A stretch of 44,023 bases of DNA from Patescibacteria group bacterium (GTDB lineage Bacteria; Patescibacteriota; UBA1384; 2-12-FULL-50-11): the NCBI GenBank assembly GCA_040900165.1, contig JBBDZM010000003.1:1-44023 (forward strand), given 5' to 3'. The notes under the pieces were generated by a model. It did no database searches, had not been told where the DNA came from, and saw only the letters and a program-made list of their open reading frames with translations. This document shows, in pieces, positions 10,808-22,600 of the stretch; within the stretch, counting starts at the first letter, position 1; each line of letters opens with the position of its first letter. The position numbers and the translations under genes are program-made.

Positions 10808-12295
10808 GTGGGTAATAGCGATATTATTTGGTACTCAATCGTCGATTTTCTACTACTCTCAATTGCCGCTTACGGCATCTTGATATTTCTTAATTCGGTT
10901 AAGGGGATGCGGTATTTGGGAATTGTTTTTGTGGCGACGGCCACACTAATAATCTCGTCATTTTTGCGCTTTCCGGGACTGCATATCGCCGTTCAAGCGG
11001 TAATACTGGTTTTATTGGTGAGTTTCCCGATTATCTTTCATGAACGCTGGGCTCAATTGCTTAGTGGGGCGCCGGCCACTACACCTGGCCATTTCAATAA
11101 AATAACGTTGGGGATTACGGCGATGCTTGTTTCGGCCGTGATGGTTTTTATTGGCGCTGGCGCCTTGGTGAAAATCGCCGAATTGCCCTCGGAGATTCCC
11201 GTCGAGGCAGTTAATCTTCCAACCGGAATGACGGCCGATTTTGGCGGCGGCAAAACCGTTCGGGTGATTATCTCGGCTCCCCGAGACATTTGGGAAAGTT
11301 TGAACGGCGATAATTTTTCGGCAACTGTCGATGCTGCTAATCGAGCCGAGGGAACTTACGACGTCGATATTATTGTCACTAGCCAAATTGACTCGGTTAG
11401 AATTATTTCCATTAAACCCAGTAAAGCCGTAATCACTATTGAGCCGGTAATTAAAAAGACCGTCCCAGTCTCAATTAAGGTAAGTGGTACGGCCGGCAAA
11501 GAGCTGGTCCCGGGCGAGGCGAAGATCGAACCAGACAAAGTCGAAATTGCTGGTCCAAAATCGGAGATTGCCGATATCAGCCAGGTTTATGCCGAGATAA
11601 AATTAAATGGTGAGACGGAGACAATTAAGCTCGATGCCGTTGATCTAGTGGCGCTGGACGCAACCGGCGAACTAATCCCCTCGATTGAAATTAAACCCGC
11701 GGCTGTCAAGCTGACACTGCCGTTGGTCAAGGCCGGTAACAGTAAGGTAGTGACGGTTACTCCAGTTTTCAGTGGTACGCCGGCAGTTGGTTATTGGGTG
11801 GAATCAGTCAGCGTTGAGCCGGCGGTGGTGAGCGTGCTTGGTTCGGCCGAAGCCCTAACTAATCTCAAGCAAATTAAAACCGCCCGAATCTCCCTTGACG
11901 GCATTAGCTCGACCTCTAGTCAAAATATTGCTCTAGATTTGCCGTCGGGGGTAACTGTCGCCGACGATACGGCCAAGGTGTTGGTAAAGATTACAATTGC
12001 CAAGGCCGACACGACTAAATCTGTTACCCCGCAGTTTGTCTACGACGGCTTGTCGTCATCGTTAAAGGTGTCGAGCACTAGCCCAACGTCGATCTCGGCG
12101 ATTGTTAGTGGAGCAGGGGATATTCTGAAAAATCTTAGTAGCGGCGACGTTAAACTTAAGCTTAATTTAGCGCCGTATAAATCGGCTGGAACTTACTCCG
12201 TTCAAATTGAAAACAGTGCCTTCGTCCTACCTGGCGGAGTGTCGTTAGTCAGCTTCCTTCCATCGGCAATAGATGTTACTTTGGAGAATAGATGA
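10808..12295 (+). CDS. Membrane protein: CdaA-like N-terminal TM region fused to YbbR/CdaR-like repeats
   Basis: About four TM helices, then repeated beta-rich YbbR-type units (e.g. VSVEPAVVSVLGSAEALTNL); no DGA/RHR cyclase motifs. Confidence 0.75.
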   Translation: MGNSDIIWYSIVDFLLLSIAAYGILIFLNSVKGMRYLGIVFVATATLIISSFLRFPGLHIAVQAVILVLLVSFPIIFHERWAQLLSGAPATTPGHFNKITLGITAMLVSAVMVFIGAGALVKIAELPSEIPVEAVNLPTGMTADFGGGKTVRVIISAPRDIWESLNGDNFSATVDAANRAEGTYDVDIIVTSQIDSVRIISIKPSKAVITIEPVIKKTVPVSIKVSGTAGKELVPGEAKIEPDKVEIAGPKSEIADISQVYAEIKLNGETETIKLDAVDLVALDATGELIPSIEIKPAAVKLTLPLVKAGNSKVVTVTPVFSGTPAVGYWVESVSVEPAVVSVLGSAEALTNLKQIKTARISLDGISSTSSQNIALDLPSGVTVADDTAKVLVKITIAKADTTKSVTPQFVYDGLSSSLKVSSTSPTSISAIVSGAGDILKNLSSGDVKLKLNLAPYKSAGTYSVQIENSAFVLPGGVSLVSFLPSAIDVTLENR

Positions 12296-12633
12296 GAGAG
12301 TGGGGGACAAAAGTTAGGGAGTTGCTCGATTTTCGGAAAATGTCGCCGCAACGAGCGCTTAGTTTAGTATTTGTCGCCAGTGTTTTGCTGGTGGTGGTTA
12401 GCTACGGCATTTGGCAGTTTGGGCGGTTGCTGTCGCCTTCGGGGATATTTAACTCGTCCGATCCGGTTGTCGAGTCGGCAATTAGCGACTTTGATGCTAA
12501 CGGTAACCCACTCCCTAACAGCGTCACCGACAATACTGTCCCCGATTACGGCATCAACGCCACCGAGCTAACCTACGGCGCTGACGGCAAGCTGAATATG
12601 GCTCGTCTGCAAGGGTTGGTGGATTACCGATGA
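12292..12633 (+). CDS. Hypothetical single-TM protein
   Basis: 4-nt overlap with the upstream gene and ATGA overlap with the downstream gene; one hydrophobic helix. Confidence 0.75.
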   Translation: MREWGTKVRELLDFRKMSPQRALSLVFVASVLLVVVSYGIWQFGRLLSPSGIFNSSDPVVESAISDFDANGNPLPNSVTDNTVPDYGINATELTYGADGKLNMARLQGLVDYR

Positions 12634-15143
12634 TCAAAAAAATCTTTGTCTTTGCCCTGGGGTTAGTTTTTCTCACTGGTTTGCTGTCGACCAGCCAAGT
12701 CAAAGCCCAGACCGACGATTGGTCGCCGGTTAGTTCCGTTGGAATGACCGTAATTAATGATCAAAGATACTATAATAACAGCTCCAGCTGGCGGCTTGAT
12801 AACTATGCTTGTTTTGGTACCTGGGGGCGCAATAACGCTAAGAGTTTGGGCGGCACATTTGCCTGTGCCGGTGACGGCACAACGGTTGGATCGACGGCTT
12901 TTGATTTCCCTCCCAACTCTGAACCAGTGGGGGAGCAGTTTACCGCTGGGATAAAATTTAGCAGCAATAATATCTATTCGGTTGCAAACTACGACCTGGA
13001 CAGTGCCGGAGTTAATGCTGCCACCCATATTTTTTCGATATTTGGAAGCGGTTTCCCCCTAGCGCCACCGGCCTTAACTAACCAAATGCAGTCAGATCTT
13101 AAACAACACCGAGTCCAGTCATTGGTATCCTTTAACGGTTATCTCTATGCCGGAACCTACTCGCGCGCAGTTGGCGGATCAAGCTTTGGCGCCCAAATCT
13201 GGCGCCACGATGCCTTTACTACTGGCGAGCTTGGCCAGAACCCCACCGAGTGGGCGGCGTCGCTACAGCGCTGGCAGAAAGTCGTTAACAATGGGCTAAC
13301 TTCGACCAATAATGAAGCGGTTATGCATATGTTCGTTTTTAATAACCAACTCTACGCCGGTCTTTATAACGCCGGTGGTTCGGGCAAACTAATTAAAACA
13401 TCCAACGGAACCACTTGGACAACTTTAACTAATAATTTTGGTGCTATTGGAAACTATATTGCAACGAGCGCTCAATATAATGGGCGGATTTACATTGGTT
13501 TACATAACGGTGGGGTTTATTCCTCGCCCGATGGGGTTAGTTGGGTTAACCACACTGGCCAAATGTCGCCCCTATCTGGGCGGGCAATGGCGGTTGCCAA
13601 TGGGATACTTTATGTCGGCGGCGGCACTAGCATCTATAAATCTAGTGACGGCTCAAGTTTCTCGGTATCAACCAGCTCGATTAGCAACGTCTCAACGATG
13701 ATCGGTGGGTCGCAGAATCGGCTGTTTGTGGGAGTCGGCGTAGATCCCACCGACTACCAAAATAGTCCTCGCCAAGCCCGGATTTGGTGTCTAGGGTGCA
13801 CCACTCCACCGGTTGAAACTGGCGATGTCATTATTAAATTACCGCCAAAATCAGTTTATACGCCCGAAACGTTATTATTTGATGGCAGTACCTACACGTT
13901 TTCGGCTACCACCGGGGAATTTACTGGTCCGAGTCGATTTACTATTAACACAGACGTTGTCGGAACCGGTTTGTTCGAATCGTACGAAATTACGATTCAG
14001 GACATCGAACGGGGTCAGGCGGCTTATTTGCCGGGTAGGGAGAAGCTAACGGCGTTTAACCAGCTGATTAACGATTTTTCGGCTAAGGCCTATGCGCCAC
14101 CGCCAGCGACCAACGTATTATTGTTGGGAACTTTTCCGGTGTACGAATTCAAGATGTCGTTTCAACGTCTCGCGTCAGCGGCAACCGTCGATAATCTGGC
14201 GGCCAATCTGCCGATTGGTTACGAACTTGCCGATATCACCGACGGGGACTGTTCGGCCGCTGGCAATACCCACATCTGTTTCAAACCAACGCTAGAGCTA
14301 AGTAATTTCTCTGGCAATATCTGCTTATCTCCTGGTAGCTGTACGCTTAACCTTCAAGAAGTTGTCGCACTCACCCAGCCGGGTCAAATTGTAGTTGAGG
14401 GTAATGTCTTGGGCGGTTTCGAAGTTGGCGGTTTTGTTTTCCCCAATGGTTCCAATCAAGACTGGGTGGCGGTTGGTGGAAACTTTACGGCCGAATTTAA
14501 CCAACAGAATGACAATCAAAAACTTAGCAACTACGTGGCCGGTAATGCCAAACTGCAGTGGGGCTCTGCTAGCGATAGTGCATCTGTTGCCTATAAACTT
14601 AACAAATTAAAAAATGACGGAATTGCCAAAGCTACAACACTCGATAGTACCCCTAGCTATACGACATTTAATCTCAACTCACCAACAGCTAATCCCGGTG
14701 CCGCCGGAGAATCATCGTTTACCACTGGCCCAGGTGGAAAAATCTGGTACAAAAACGGCAACTTAACTCTTGGTAGCTTAGCAACCCAAGCGAATGTTCG
14801 GGGAGAGGGGACACTAATTGTTAACGGCAACTTAACAGTTGCTAATGATCTAATTTGCCAGAACAATACCAAATTTGGGGTAATCGCTACCGGGAACATA
14901 ACCTTCAACTCCCCAACAATCGAGTGTGGCGCCTATACATCGCTGGAGGGCAATATTATTTTTAACTCCAATATTTCCTCGAACAGTGAAGCGCGAGGGA
15001 TATTTGTTACTAGGGGCGATATCATCTTGCCAACGGTTAGCCAAGGCGGTAATTACCTGATTAGATACGACAGTACCTTTGCGCAGGAACCATCAGCGCT
15101 ATTTAGCGAACTATTAAAAATTGTCTTTACGACCAGCTCTTAA
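12630..15143 (+). CDS. Large secreted/surface protein with beta-propeller-like repeats
   Basis: Signal peptide ending VKA-Q; repeats FNGYLYAG / FNNQLYAG / YNGRIYIG / ANGILYVG and S.DG..W boxes; C-terminal G(N/D)(I/L)T repeats. Confidence 0.85.
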   Translation: MIKKIFVFALGLVFLTGLLSTSQVKAQTDDWSPVSSVGMTVINDQRYYNNSSSWRLDNYACFGTWGRNNAKSLGGTFACAGDGTTVGSTAFDFPPNSEPVGEQFTAGIKFSSNNIYSVANYDLDSAGVNAATHIFSIFGSGFPLAPPALTNQMQSDLKQHRVQSLVSFNGYLYAGTYSRAVGGSSFGAQIWRHDAFTTGELGQNPTEWAASLQRWQKVVNNGLTSTNNEAVMHMFVFNNQLYAGLYNAGGSGKLIKTSNGTTWTTLTNNFGAIGNYIATSAQYNGRIYIGLHNGGVYSSPDGVSWVNHTGQMSPLSGRAMAVANGILYVGGGTSIYKSSDGSSFSVSTSSISNVSTMIGGSQNRLFVGVGVDPTDYQNSPRQARIWCLGCTTPPVETGDVIIKLPPKSVYTPETLLFDGSTYTFSATTGEFTGPSRFTINTDVVGTGLFESYEITIQDIERGQAAYLPGREKLTAFNQLINDFSAKAYAPPPATNVLLLGTFPVYEFKMSFQRLASAATVDNLAANLPIGYELADITDGDCSAAGNTHICFKPTLELSNFSGNICLSPGSCTLNLQEVVALTQPGQIVVEGNVLGGFEVGGFVFPNGSNQDWVAVGGNFTAEFNQQNDNQKLSNYVAGNAKLQWGSASDSASVAYKLNKLKNDGIAKATTLDSTPSYTTFNLNSPTANPGAAGESSFTTGPGGKIWYKNGNLTLGSLATQANVRGEGTLIVNGNLTVANDLICQNNTKFGVIATGNITFNSPTIECGAYTSLEGNIIFNSNISSNSEARGIFVTRGDIILPTVSQGGNYLIRYDSTFAQEPSALFSELLKIVFTTSS

Positions 15144-15180
15144 GGCATATTTAAGTATTTTCCGGTAAGATTAACCGATA

Positions 15181-16146
15181 ATGTTAGTAGATAACGTTGA
15201 GATTACGATTAAATCGGGCAAAGGCGGCGACGGCATTGTTGCGTGGCGCCGGGAAAAACACGTTCCGTTGGGCGGACCGGACGGCGGCGACGGCGGCCGG
15301 GGTGGGAGTGTTTATCTGTTATCTGACAATAACGTTGACACCTTAAGCTCGTTTCGCTACCGAAAAGTATTTAGCGCCGAGGACGGGCAACGGGGGATGT
15401 CCAAGAAAAAACACGGCCGCTCGGCGGACGATTTAATTCTATCCGTACCAGTTGGAACATTAGTCACCGATGCCATAACCGGCCAATTAGTCTTTGATTT
15501 TACCCAACTTGGCCAAAAGTACCGATTAGCTAGAGGTGGCGACGGTGGCCTGGGTAACCCCCACTTTGCTCACGCCACTAACCAAAAACCCGAAGAATTT
15601 ACTCCCGGCAAGCCCGGTATCACCAAACAGCTGCGTCTAGAGTTAAAATTAATTGCTGACGTGGCACTGATTGGCCAACCCAATGCCGGGAAGTCATCAA
15701 TTATTAACTGTTTAACCGAGGCACATTCGCGAGTTGGCGCCTTTGCTTTTTCGACCCGCGAGCCGGTTTTGGGAGCAATGGATGCCAGTGACAATAAAAT
15801 AATCCTGGTTGATCTGCCGGGGTTGCTTGAGGGCGCTCACAAGGGCAAGGGGCTCGGCGATGAATTCTTAAAACACGCTCAACGGGTGCGGGCGATTATC
15901 CATGTGATTGACGCAACGCAACCCAATCCCCAAAACGCCCTGGATCAAATAAAGAACGAACTAATCCAATACGACGAACATCTCTCAACGCTACCAACAT
16001 TAATCGTTCTCAATAAAATCGACCTACTTTCGCAACAAGAGCGAAAGACTATTGCTAAAAAATTCCCCGAAGCCCTAATGGTCAGCGCCGAAACTAAAGA
16101 AGGCATCGATACACTTCGACGGGGAATAATAAAACTGGCCTCTTGA
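15181..16146 (+). CDS. obg: GTPase Obg/CgtA
   Basis: Gly-rich Obg fold GGPDGGDGGRGG, LELKLIADVALIGQPNAGKS, DLPG, NKID. Confidence 0.96.
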   Translation: MLVDNVEITIKSGKGGDGIVAWRREKHVPLGGPDGGDGGRGGSVYLLSDNNVDTLSSFRYRKVFSAEDGQRGMSKKKHGRSADDLILSVPVGTLVTDAITGQLVFDFTQLGQKYRLARGGDGGLGNPHFAHATNQKPEEFTPGKPGITKQLRLELKLIADVALIGQPNAGKSSIINCLTEAHSRVGAFAFSTREPVLGAMDASDNKIILVDLPGLLEGAHKGKGLGDEFLKHAQRVRAIIHVIDATQPNPQNALDQIKNELIQYDEHLSTLPTLIVLNKIDLLSQQERKTIAKKFPEALMVSAETKEGIDTLRRGIIKLAS

Positions 16147-16171
16147 CAGAATAGTCAAAATTTCGTAATCT
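16143..16171 (+). promoter_or_regulatory. Putative sigma70 promoter of rpoBC
   Basis: TTGACA-17 nt-TAATCT. Confidence 0.6.
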
Positions 16172-16298
16172 GGCGGTAAGTTAGTTGAGGTATTAGCGAT
16201 TAGACAGAGCGACAACAAGTCGACTAGTGATTTGCTCCGCCAAGAGCAAATTTATCGTGTCGATAATTTAATTAATAATAGGGGCAAGGGAGGCCAAA

Positions 16299-19200
16299 CT
16301 GCGTAAGAATTTTCGACAAATTGAGTCCAACAATACTCTATCGAATTTGATAGAAGTTCAGCTAAAAAGCTATAACTGGCTTTTTGACGAGGGGATTAAA
16401 GAGCTATTAAACGAAGTATCGCCGGTTGATGACTTTACTGGCAAGTTGTTTTCTTTGGAGTTTGGCAAGTACTCACTCGATAAGCCCAAGTACGACGAGA
16501 AAACCGCCAAGAGCAAAAATTTATCTTACAAAGCGCCGTTGCGCTGTGGAATTAAATTAACCAACAAATTAACCAACAAAGTTAAAACTGCCGAGGTTTT
16601 TCTGGGCGATTTCCCGTTGATGACCGAACGCGGGACATTTGTAATTAACGGCGTCGAACGAGTCGTTGTCTCCCAAATTGTCCGATCGTTCGGGGTTTTG
16701 TTTGCCTCCGACGATTTAGGCGGCCGGAAATTATTTGGCGCCAAGATTATTCCTAACCGGGGCGCCTGGTTGGAGTTCGAAACTAATAGCCGTGACGTTA
16801 TCTCGGTAAAAGTTGATCGCAAACGGCGAATCCCCATTACGACTTTCTTGCGGGCAATCGGCAACTACGACGATGCGGCCATTAAAAAACTATTTAAAAG
16901 CGTTGATACCGACAAAGACCATCAGTTTATTGAAGCAACATTAGCTCGTGACCCAGCCAAAACCCGCGAGGAAGCGGCTGTTGAGGTTTACAAGCGAATT
17001 CGACCGGGCGATCTAGTAACACCCGAAACGGCCGAAGCATTTATTCAAAATATCTTTTTCAATGCTAAGCGCTATGACTTAGGACGGGTTGGTCGCTATA
17101 AAATTAACCAGCGTCTCGAGATGGATATTCCCAACACCACCAAAAACCGGGTTTTGCGTCCAGAAGATATTATCGAAACTATTAAAGAAGTTATTCGCTT
17201 GAATAACGACGACAAAGGTGAATCTGACGACGTCGATCACTTAAAAAATCGCCGAGTCCGTGCGGTTGGTGAGTTAGTTCAGAACCGGATCCGCGTGGGA
17301 TTACTGCGAATGGAGCGGATTATCAAAGACCGAATGAGCCAAGTGGCCGATCCGGACGACGTCAACCCGATTGCTCTTATTAACAGCCGGCCAGTCGCCG
17401 CAATTTTGCAAGAGTTCTTTGCCTCCTCGCAAATGAGTCAATTTATGAACCAAACCAACCCACTAGCCGAGCTGGAGCACAAGCGGACCTTGTCAGCGAC
17501 CGGTCCTGGCGGAATTTCCCGAGAACACGCTGGTTTTGATGTTCGCGACGTTCACCGCTCCCACTACGGCCGGATTTGTCCAATTACTACCCCCGAAGGT
17601 CAGAATATTGGACTGGTTGGCTACTTGGCCGCTTCGGCCCGAGTAAATGAGTACGGTTTCATTGAAACGCCGTATCGTAAAGTCGAGCACAAAAACGGCA
17701 AAGCGAAAGTTACCGACAAAATTGAATACCTTGATGCTTACGAAGAGGAGAATTTCGCGCTAGCGCCGTTCTCGTCCTCGATCGACAAGAACAACTATCT
17801 AACCGGCACAAAAATCGTTGCCCGCCGCTCTGGCGAGCCAGTGATTGAGTCGGTTTCAAAGATCGACTACGTCGATATTTCACCGCAACAGGTTGTTTCT
17901 ATCTCCACCGCCTTAATCCCGTTTGTTGAGCACGACGAAGCCGTTCGCGCCTCGATGGGTTCGAACATGCAACGCCAAGCTGTGCCGCTTGTTAAACCTC
18001 AGTCACCAATTATCGGTACTGGGTTAGAGTCGGCTGTTAAAGATTCTGGGCAGTTAATTATGGCCGAGGAATCTGGCACCGTTACCTACGTTGACGGCGA
18101 TATGATCAAAATCAAAGGCGGCTCCAACGAGCGCGCTTATCCACTATTAAAGTTCGTTCGCTCTAACCAAAGTACCTGTATTAATCAGCGCCCATCAGTG
18201 GAAATTGGTCAGAAAGTTAAGGCCGGCGATGTCATTGCCGACTCATCCGCTTCTTACGAAGGCGAGCTGGCGATTGGCCAGAACGTTATGGTCGCCTACA
18301 TGAGCTGGGGCGGCTACAACTATGAAGACGCGATTTTAATTTCCGAACGTCTGGTCAAAGATGACCGATTTACCTCTGTCCACATTGAAAAATACTCGGC
18401 CGAAGTCCGTGATACTAAGCTCGGGCCAGAGTTGATTACCCGCGATATTCCCAACGTTGGCGACGAGGCCCTGGCTAACCTTGATGAACAAGGAGTTGTT
18501 CGGATCGGCGCTGAAGTATCAGCGACTGATATCTTGGTTGGAAAAATCACCCCCCGCGGTGAAACCGAACTAACAGCCGAAGAGAAACTGCTACGGGCAA
18601 TTTTCGGTGAAAAAGCCAAAGACGTCAAAGATACATCCCTGCGATTACCACACGGTGAGCGCGGCAAAATTGTTGAGGTCAAAATTTTCTCCAAGGATAA
18701 TGGCGACGAGCTACCAGCTGGTGTTTATCAGCAGGTTGAGGTCTCGATTGCCCAACTGCGCAAAATCACCGTTGGTGACAAAATGGCCGGCCGTCACGGA
18801 AACAAAGGGGTAATTTCGCGAACCCTGCCAGAGGAAGATATGCCGTTCTTGCCTGATGGTACCCCAGTTGATATTATTTTGAACCCACTTGGCGTTATTT
18901 CCCGAATGAACCTGGGCCAGATTCTGGAAACGCATTTGGGTTGGGCGGCCAGCACGCTTAACTACAAAGTCGCAACTCCCGCCTTTTTCGGTACGCCAGT
19001 CGATAATATCCACCAAGAGCTAATCAAAGCCGGTTTGCCCGAAGACGGAAAAATCCAGCTTCGCGATGGCCGAAACGGTGAAGAATATGATCAACGTACA
19101 ACCATTGGAACTAAATACGTCCTGAAACTTATCCACTTAGTCGACGACAAAATGCACGCCCGTTCAACTGGCCCATACTCGATGGTTACCCAGCAGCCAC

Positions 19201-19622
19201 TCGGTGGAAAAGCCCAATTTGGCGGCCAGCGTTTTGGAGAAATGGAGGTCTGGGCACTAGAAGCCTACGGATCGGCTCATACCTTGCAAGAAATGCTTAC
19301 TATTAAGTCCGACGACGTTATTGGGCGAGCCAAGGCCTATGAGGCAATTATTAAAGGCGACGAAATTCAAAAACCACAAATCCCAGCGTCGTTTGCCGTC
19401 TTGGTCCGTGAGCTCCAGAGCCTAGGCTTAAACGTTGAGGTAATTGAGACCGAAGAAAAACTCAAGGAGTTTGAAGCCGGCCGAACCCTGACCGAAGCCC
19501 AGACACTCGCGCTCGACCCAGAAATTAGTCCCGAGCCCTCAGTTGAGTTGCCAACGGCAGTTATTAATAAACAAACACAACCGACAGTCAAAAATAAATC
19601 TGTCGCTAAGGAGGACGCGTAA
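16299..19622 (+). CDS. rpoB: RNA polymerase beta subunit (probable CTG start at 16299; ORF track starts at TTG 16347)
   Basis: [21 protein letters not shown]; conserved N-terminal RKNF...NLIEVQ..SY extends upstream of 16347. Confidence 0.98.
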   Translation: MRKNFRQIESNNTLSNLIEVQLKSYNWLFDEGIKELLNEVSPVDDFTGKLFSLEFGKYSLDKPKYDEKTAKSKNLSYKAPLRCGIKLTNKLTNKVKTAEVFLGDFPLMTERGTFVINGVERVVVSQIVRSFGVLFASDDLGGRKLFGAKIIPNRGAWLEFETNSRDVISVKVDRKRRIPITTFLRAIGNYDDAAIKKLFKSVDTDKDHQFIEATLARDPAKTREEAAVEVYKRIRPGDLVTPETAEAFIQNIFFNAKRYDLGRVGRYKINQRLEMDIPNTTKNRVLRPEDIIETIKEVIRLNNDDKGESDDVDHLKNRRVRAVGELVQNRIRVGLLRMERIIKDRMSQVADPDDVNPIALINSRPVAAILQEFFASSQMSQFMNQTNPLAELEHKRTLSATGPGGISREHAGFDVRDVHRSHYGRICPITTPEGQNIGLVGYLAASARVNEYGFIETPYRKVEHKNGKAKVTDKIEYLDAYEEENFALAPFSSSIDKNNYLTGTKIVARRSGEPVIESVSKIDYVDISPQQVVSISTALIPFVEHDEAVRASMGSNMQRQAVPLVKPQSPIIGTGLESAVKDSGQLIMAEESGTVTYVDGDMIKIKGGSNERAYPLLKFVRSNQSTCINQRPSVEIGQKVKAGDVIADSSASYEGELAIGQNVMVAYMSWGGYNYEDAILISERLVKDDRFTSVHIEKYSAEVRDTKLGPELITRDIPNVGDEALANLDEQGVVRIGAEVSATDILVGKITPRGETELTAEEKLLRAIFGEKAKDVKDTSLRLPHGERGKIVEVKIFSKDNGDELPAGVYQQVEVSIAQLRKITVGDKMAGRHGNKGVISRTLPEEDMPFLPDGTPVDIILNPLGVISRMNLGQILETHLGWAASTLNYKVATPAFFGTPVDNIHQELIKAGLPEDGKIQLRDGRNGEEYDQRTTIGTKYVLKLIHLVDDKMHARSTGPYSMVTQQPLGGKAQFGGQRFGEMEVWALEAYGSAHTLQEMLTIKSDDVIGRAKAYEAIIKGDEIQKPQIPASFAVLVRELQSLGLNVEVIETEEKLKEFEAGRTLTEAQTLALDPEISPEPSVELPTAVINKQTQPTVKNKSVAKEDA

Positions 19623-22600
19623 TGCCAGAGTTAAAGATGTCAACCCGCACCGATAAAGTCGAGTTCAATTTATTGAACTTTGAGGGGCTACGGATTCGCG
19701 TTGCAAGTCCAGACGATGTAGAGCGATGGAGCTACGGCGAGGTCTTAAAGCCGGAGACTATCAACTACCGAACCCAGAAACCAGAACGAGATGGCCTGTT
19801 CGATGAACGGATTTTTGGGCCAACCAAGGACTGGGAGTGTTACTGTGGAAAATACAAACGAATTCGCTACAAAGGCGTAATTTGCGACAAATGCGGCGTG
19901 GAAGTTACTAAAAGCTCGGTTCGCCGAGAACGGATGGGTCATATTGATTTGGCCGTGCCAGTTGCCCACATTTGGTATGTCCGCGGTGTCCCCTATACTA
20001 TTAGCACTGTTCTCGACATTTCCGTGAGCGACATTGAGCGAGTTGTTTACTTTGCTTCCTTCATTGTTGTTTCTGTTAGAGAAGACCTTAAAGAGCAGGC
20101 ACTAGCCCAACTGGATGTTGAGTATAAAGCCGCCAAGGAACTGCTTAAGGACTCCCCAGAACGCTTAGAGATTTTGGAGCAAAATTATAAATCCACTAAA
20201 TCCGATCTCAACTCACTCCAGCCAAAAGCGGTCTTAAGTGAAGGAAAGTTCCACGAGCTATCGATGCGCTTTGGTAATATTGCTAAAGTCGGCATCGGCG
20301 CTGAAGCAATTTTAGAGCTGCTGAAGCCTTTCAATCTCGACGATGGAATTGCCGTAGTTAAAAAAGAGCTAGAAGTTGCGCCACCAGCTGCTATTCGCCG
20401 TCTCACTAAACGCCTGCGAATGATGACCGATCTTAAGCTGGCCGGCGTTAAGCCGGAGTGGTTTGTAATCAATAAACTACCGGTTCTGCCACCGGACTTG
20501 CGCCCGATGGTTCAATTGGACGGCGGACGATTTGCTTCATCGGATTTGAACGATCTTTATCGCCGGGTGATCAACCGTAACAACCGCCTTAAGCGCCTAC
20601 TTAACCAAGGAGCGCCGGACGTGATTGTTCGCAACGAGAAGCGAATGCTTCAGGAAGCCGTTGATGCCCTAATTGATAACTCAGCTCGCAAAACTCAAAC
20701 TACGACGATTGGCCGTCAGCCCCGATCACTTTCAGATATGCTTCGCGGTAAACAGGGCCGTTTCCGCCAAAACTTACTTGGTAAACGGGTAGACTACTCC
20801 GGACGATCAGTTATCGTTGTTGGTCCCAACCTTAAGCTCGACCAATGTGGTCTGCCAAAAATTATGGCTCTGGAGCTATTTAAACCGTTTGTGATAAGTC
20901 GACTGATTAACGACGGCTACGTTCACAACGTCAAAAACGCTGCTCGCTTGATTGAGCGCGGCACACCAGAAGTTTGGGAGATTTTGGAAGATGTTACAAA
21001 AGAGTCCTACGTTTTGCTTAATCGTGCCCCAACTTTGCACCGCTTGGGTATCCAAGCATTTCGACCGATCTTAATTGAAGGCAAAGCAATCCAGCTTCAC
21101 CCGTTAGTCTGTGCCGCCTATAACGCTGACTTCGACGGCGACCAAATGGCTGTCCACGTGCCGCTATCAACAATGGCTCGACACGAAGCCAAGATACTAA
21201 TGAGTTCGGCCAATAACTTACTCAAACCGTCGTCTGGCGAGCCGTTGGTGGCTCCGCGCTTGGACATTGTTTTTGGGCTTTTCTACTTAACCAACATCAA
21301 TAAAGGCGTCAAAGGCGAGGGCAAGGCCTTTATGTCTGCTCAAGATGTTGAGCTGGCCTATCAACGCGGTGAATTAAACCCACAGGCCGAGATCGAGTTT
21401 CGAATTAACGGCGAGCGAATCAAAACCTCTGTTGGCCGGGTATTAATTAATGAAATTTTCCCGGCGGAATATCCATACGTCAACGACGCGCTTGATACCC
21501 GGAAACTCAAAGCGATTATGCGAGAAATCTACAAACTCTTTGGTATTGAAGTGACGGCAAGAGTGGCGGACGCCCTCATGAGCCTTGGGTTTAAATTCGC
21601 CGAAAAATCCGGAATGACAATGTCGATCTTTGACATCGACGTGCCCGAAACCAAAAAGAAACTTATTGCTCAAGGCGAAGAAGCGGTTGACGTGATTGCC
21701 AAGCGCTATCGCCGAGGCTTAATTTCAGCTGATGAACGGCGCAAGCTCTCGATTGAGAAATGGTCGGATATTCGAAATCAGATGGAGAAAGAAGTTAAAG
21801 ACTCCTTTAAGGTAAACTCGTCAATCTGGACGATGGTTACTAGCGGTGCTCGCGGTTCTTCTAACCAGCTAGTTCAGCTGGCGGGAATGAAGGGCCTAGT
21901 GGTTAACCCATCTGGCTCGATTATCGAAGTGCCAATTACCAGCAACTACAAAGAGGGTCTAACAGTTCTTGAATACTTTATCTCGACCCACGGTTCTCGA
22001 AAGGGTAAATCTGATACTTCGCTTAAGACTGCTGACGCTGGTTACTTAACCCGCCGCCTAGTCGATGTATCACAAGATTTGGTTATTACCGTAGAAGACT
22101 GTGCTACGCCATTCAGCATTACTGTTATTGAGGCGGAATCGAGTAAATACGGCGAGAGCTACGTTGAGCGGCTAATCGGCCGGGCAACTGCCGAGGCCGT
22201 CAAAGACAAAGCCGGTAAAACCGTCATTAAAAAGGGTGAAGAAATTACCGAGGACCATATTGATGCTATTATTGCCGCGCAAGTGACCGAAGTAAAAGTC
22301 CGTTCAACGCTCCACTGCCAGGCCAAATGGGGGATCTGCCAGAAATGTTACGGGCGAGATCTTGCCACCGGCAACACCGTTAAAATCGGTACGGCCGTTG
22401 GTATTATGGCCGCTCAAGCAATTGGTGAGCCAGGCACTCAGCTAACGATGAAAACCTTCCACATGGGTGGTGTCTCCGGCGGCGATATTACCTCCGGTCT
22501 GCCTCGTGTTGAAGAGATTTTCGAAGCTCGCCCACCCCACAACCCGGCAATTCTTTCGGAGATATCCGGAAGAGTTGTTGTCCACGAGGCAAAAGACAAG

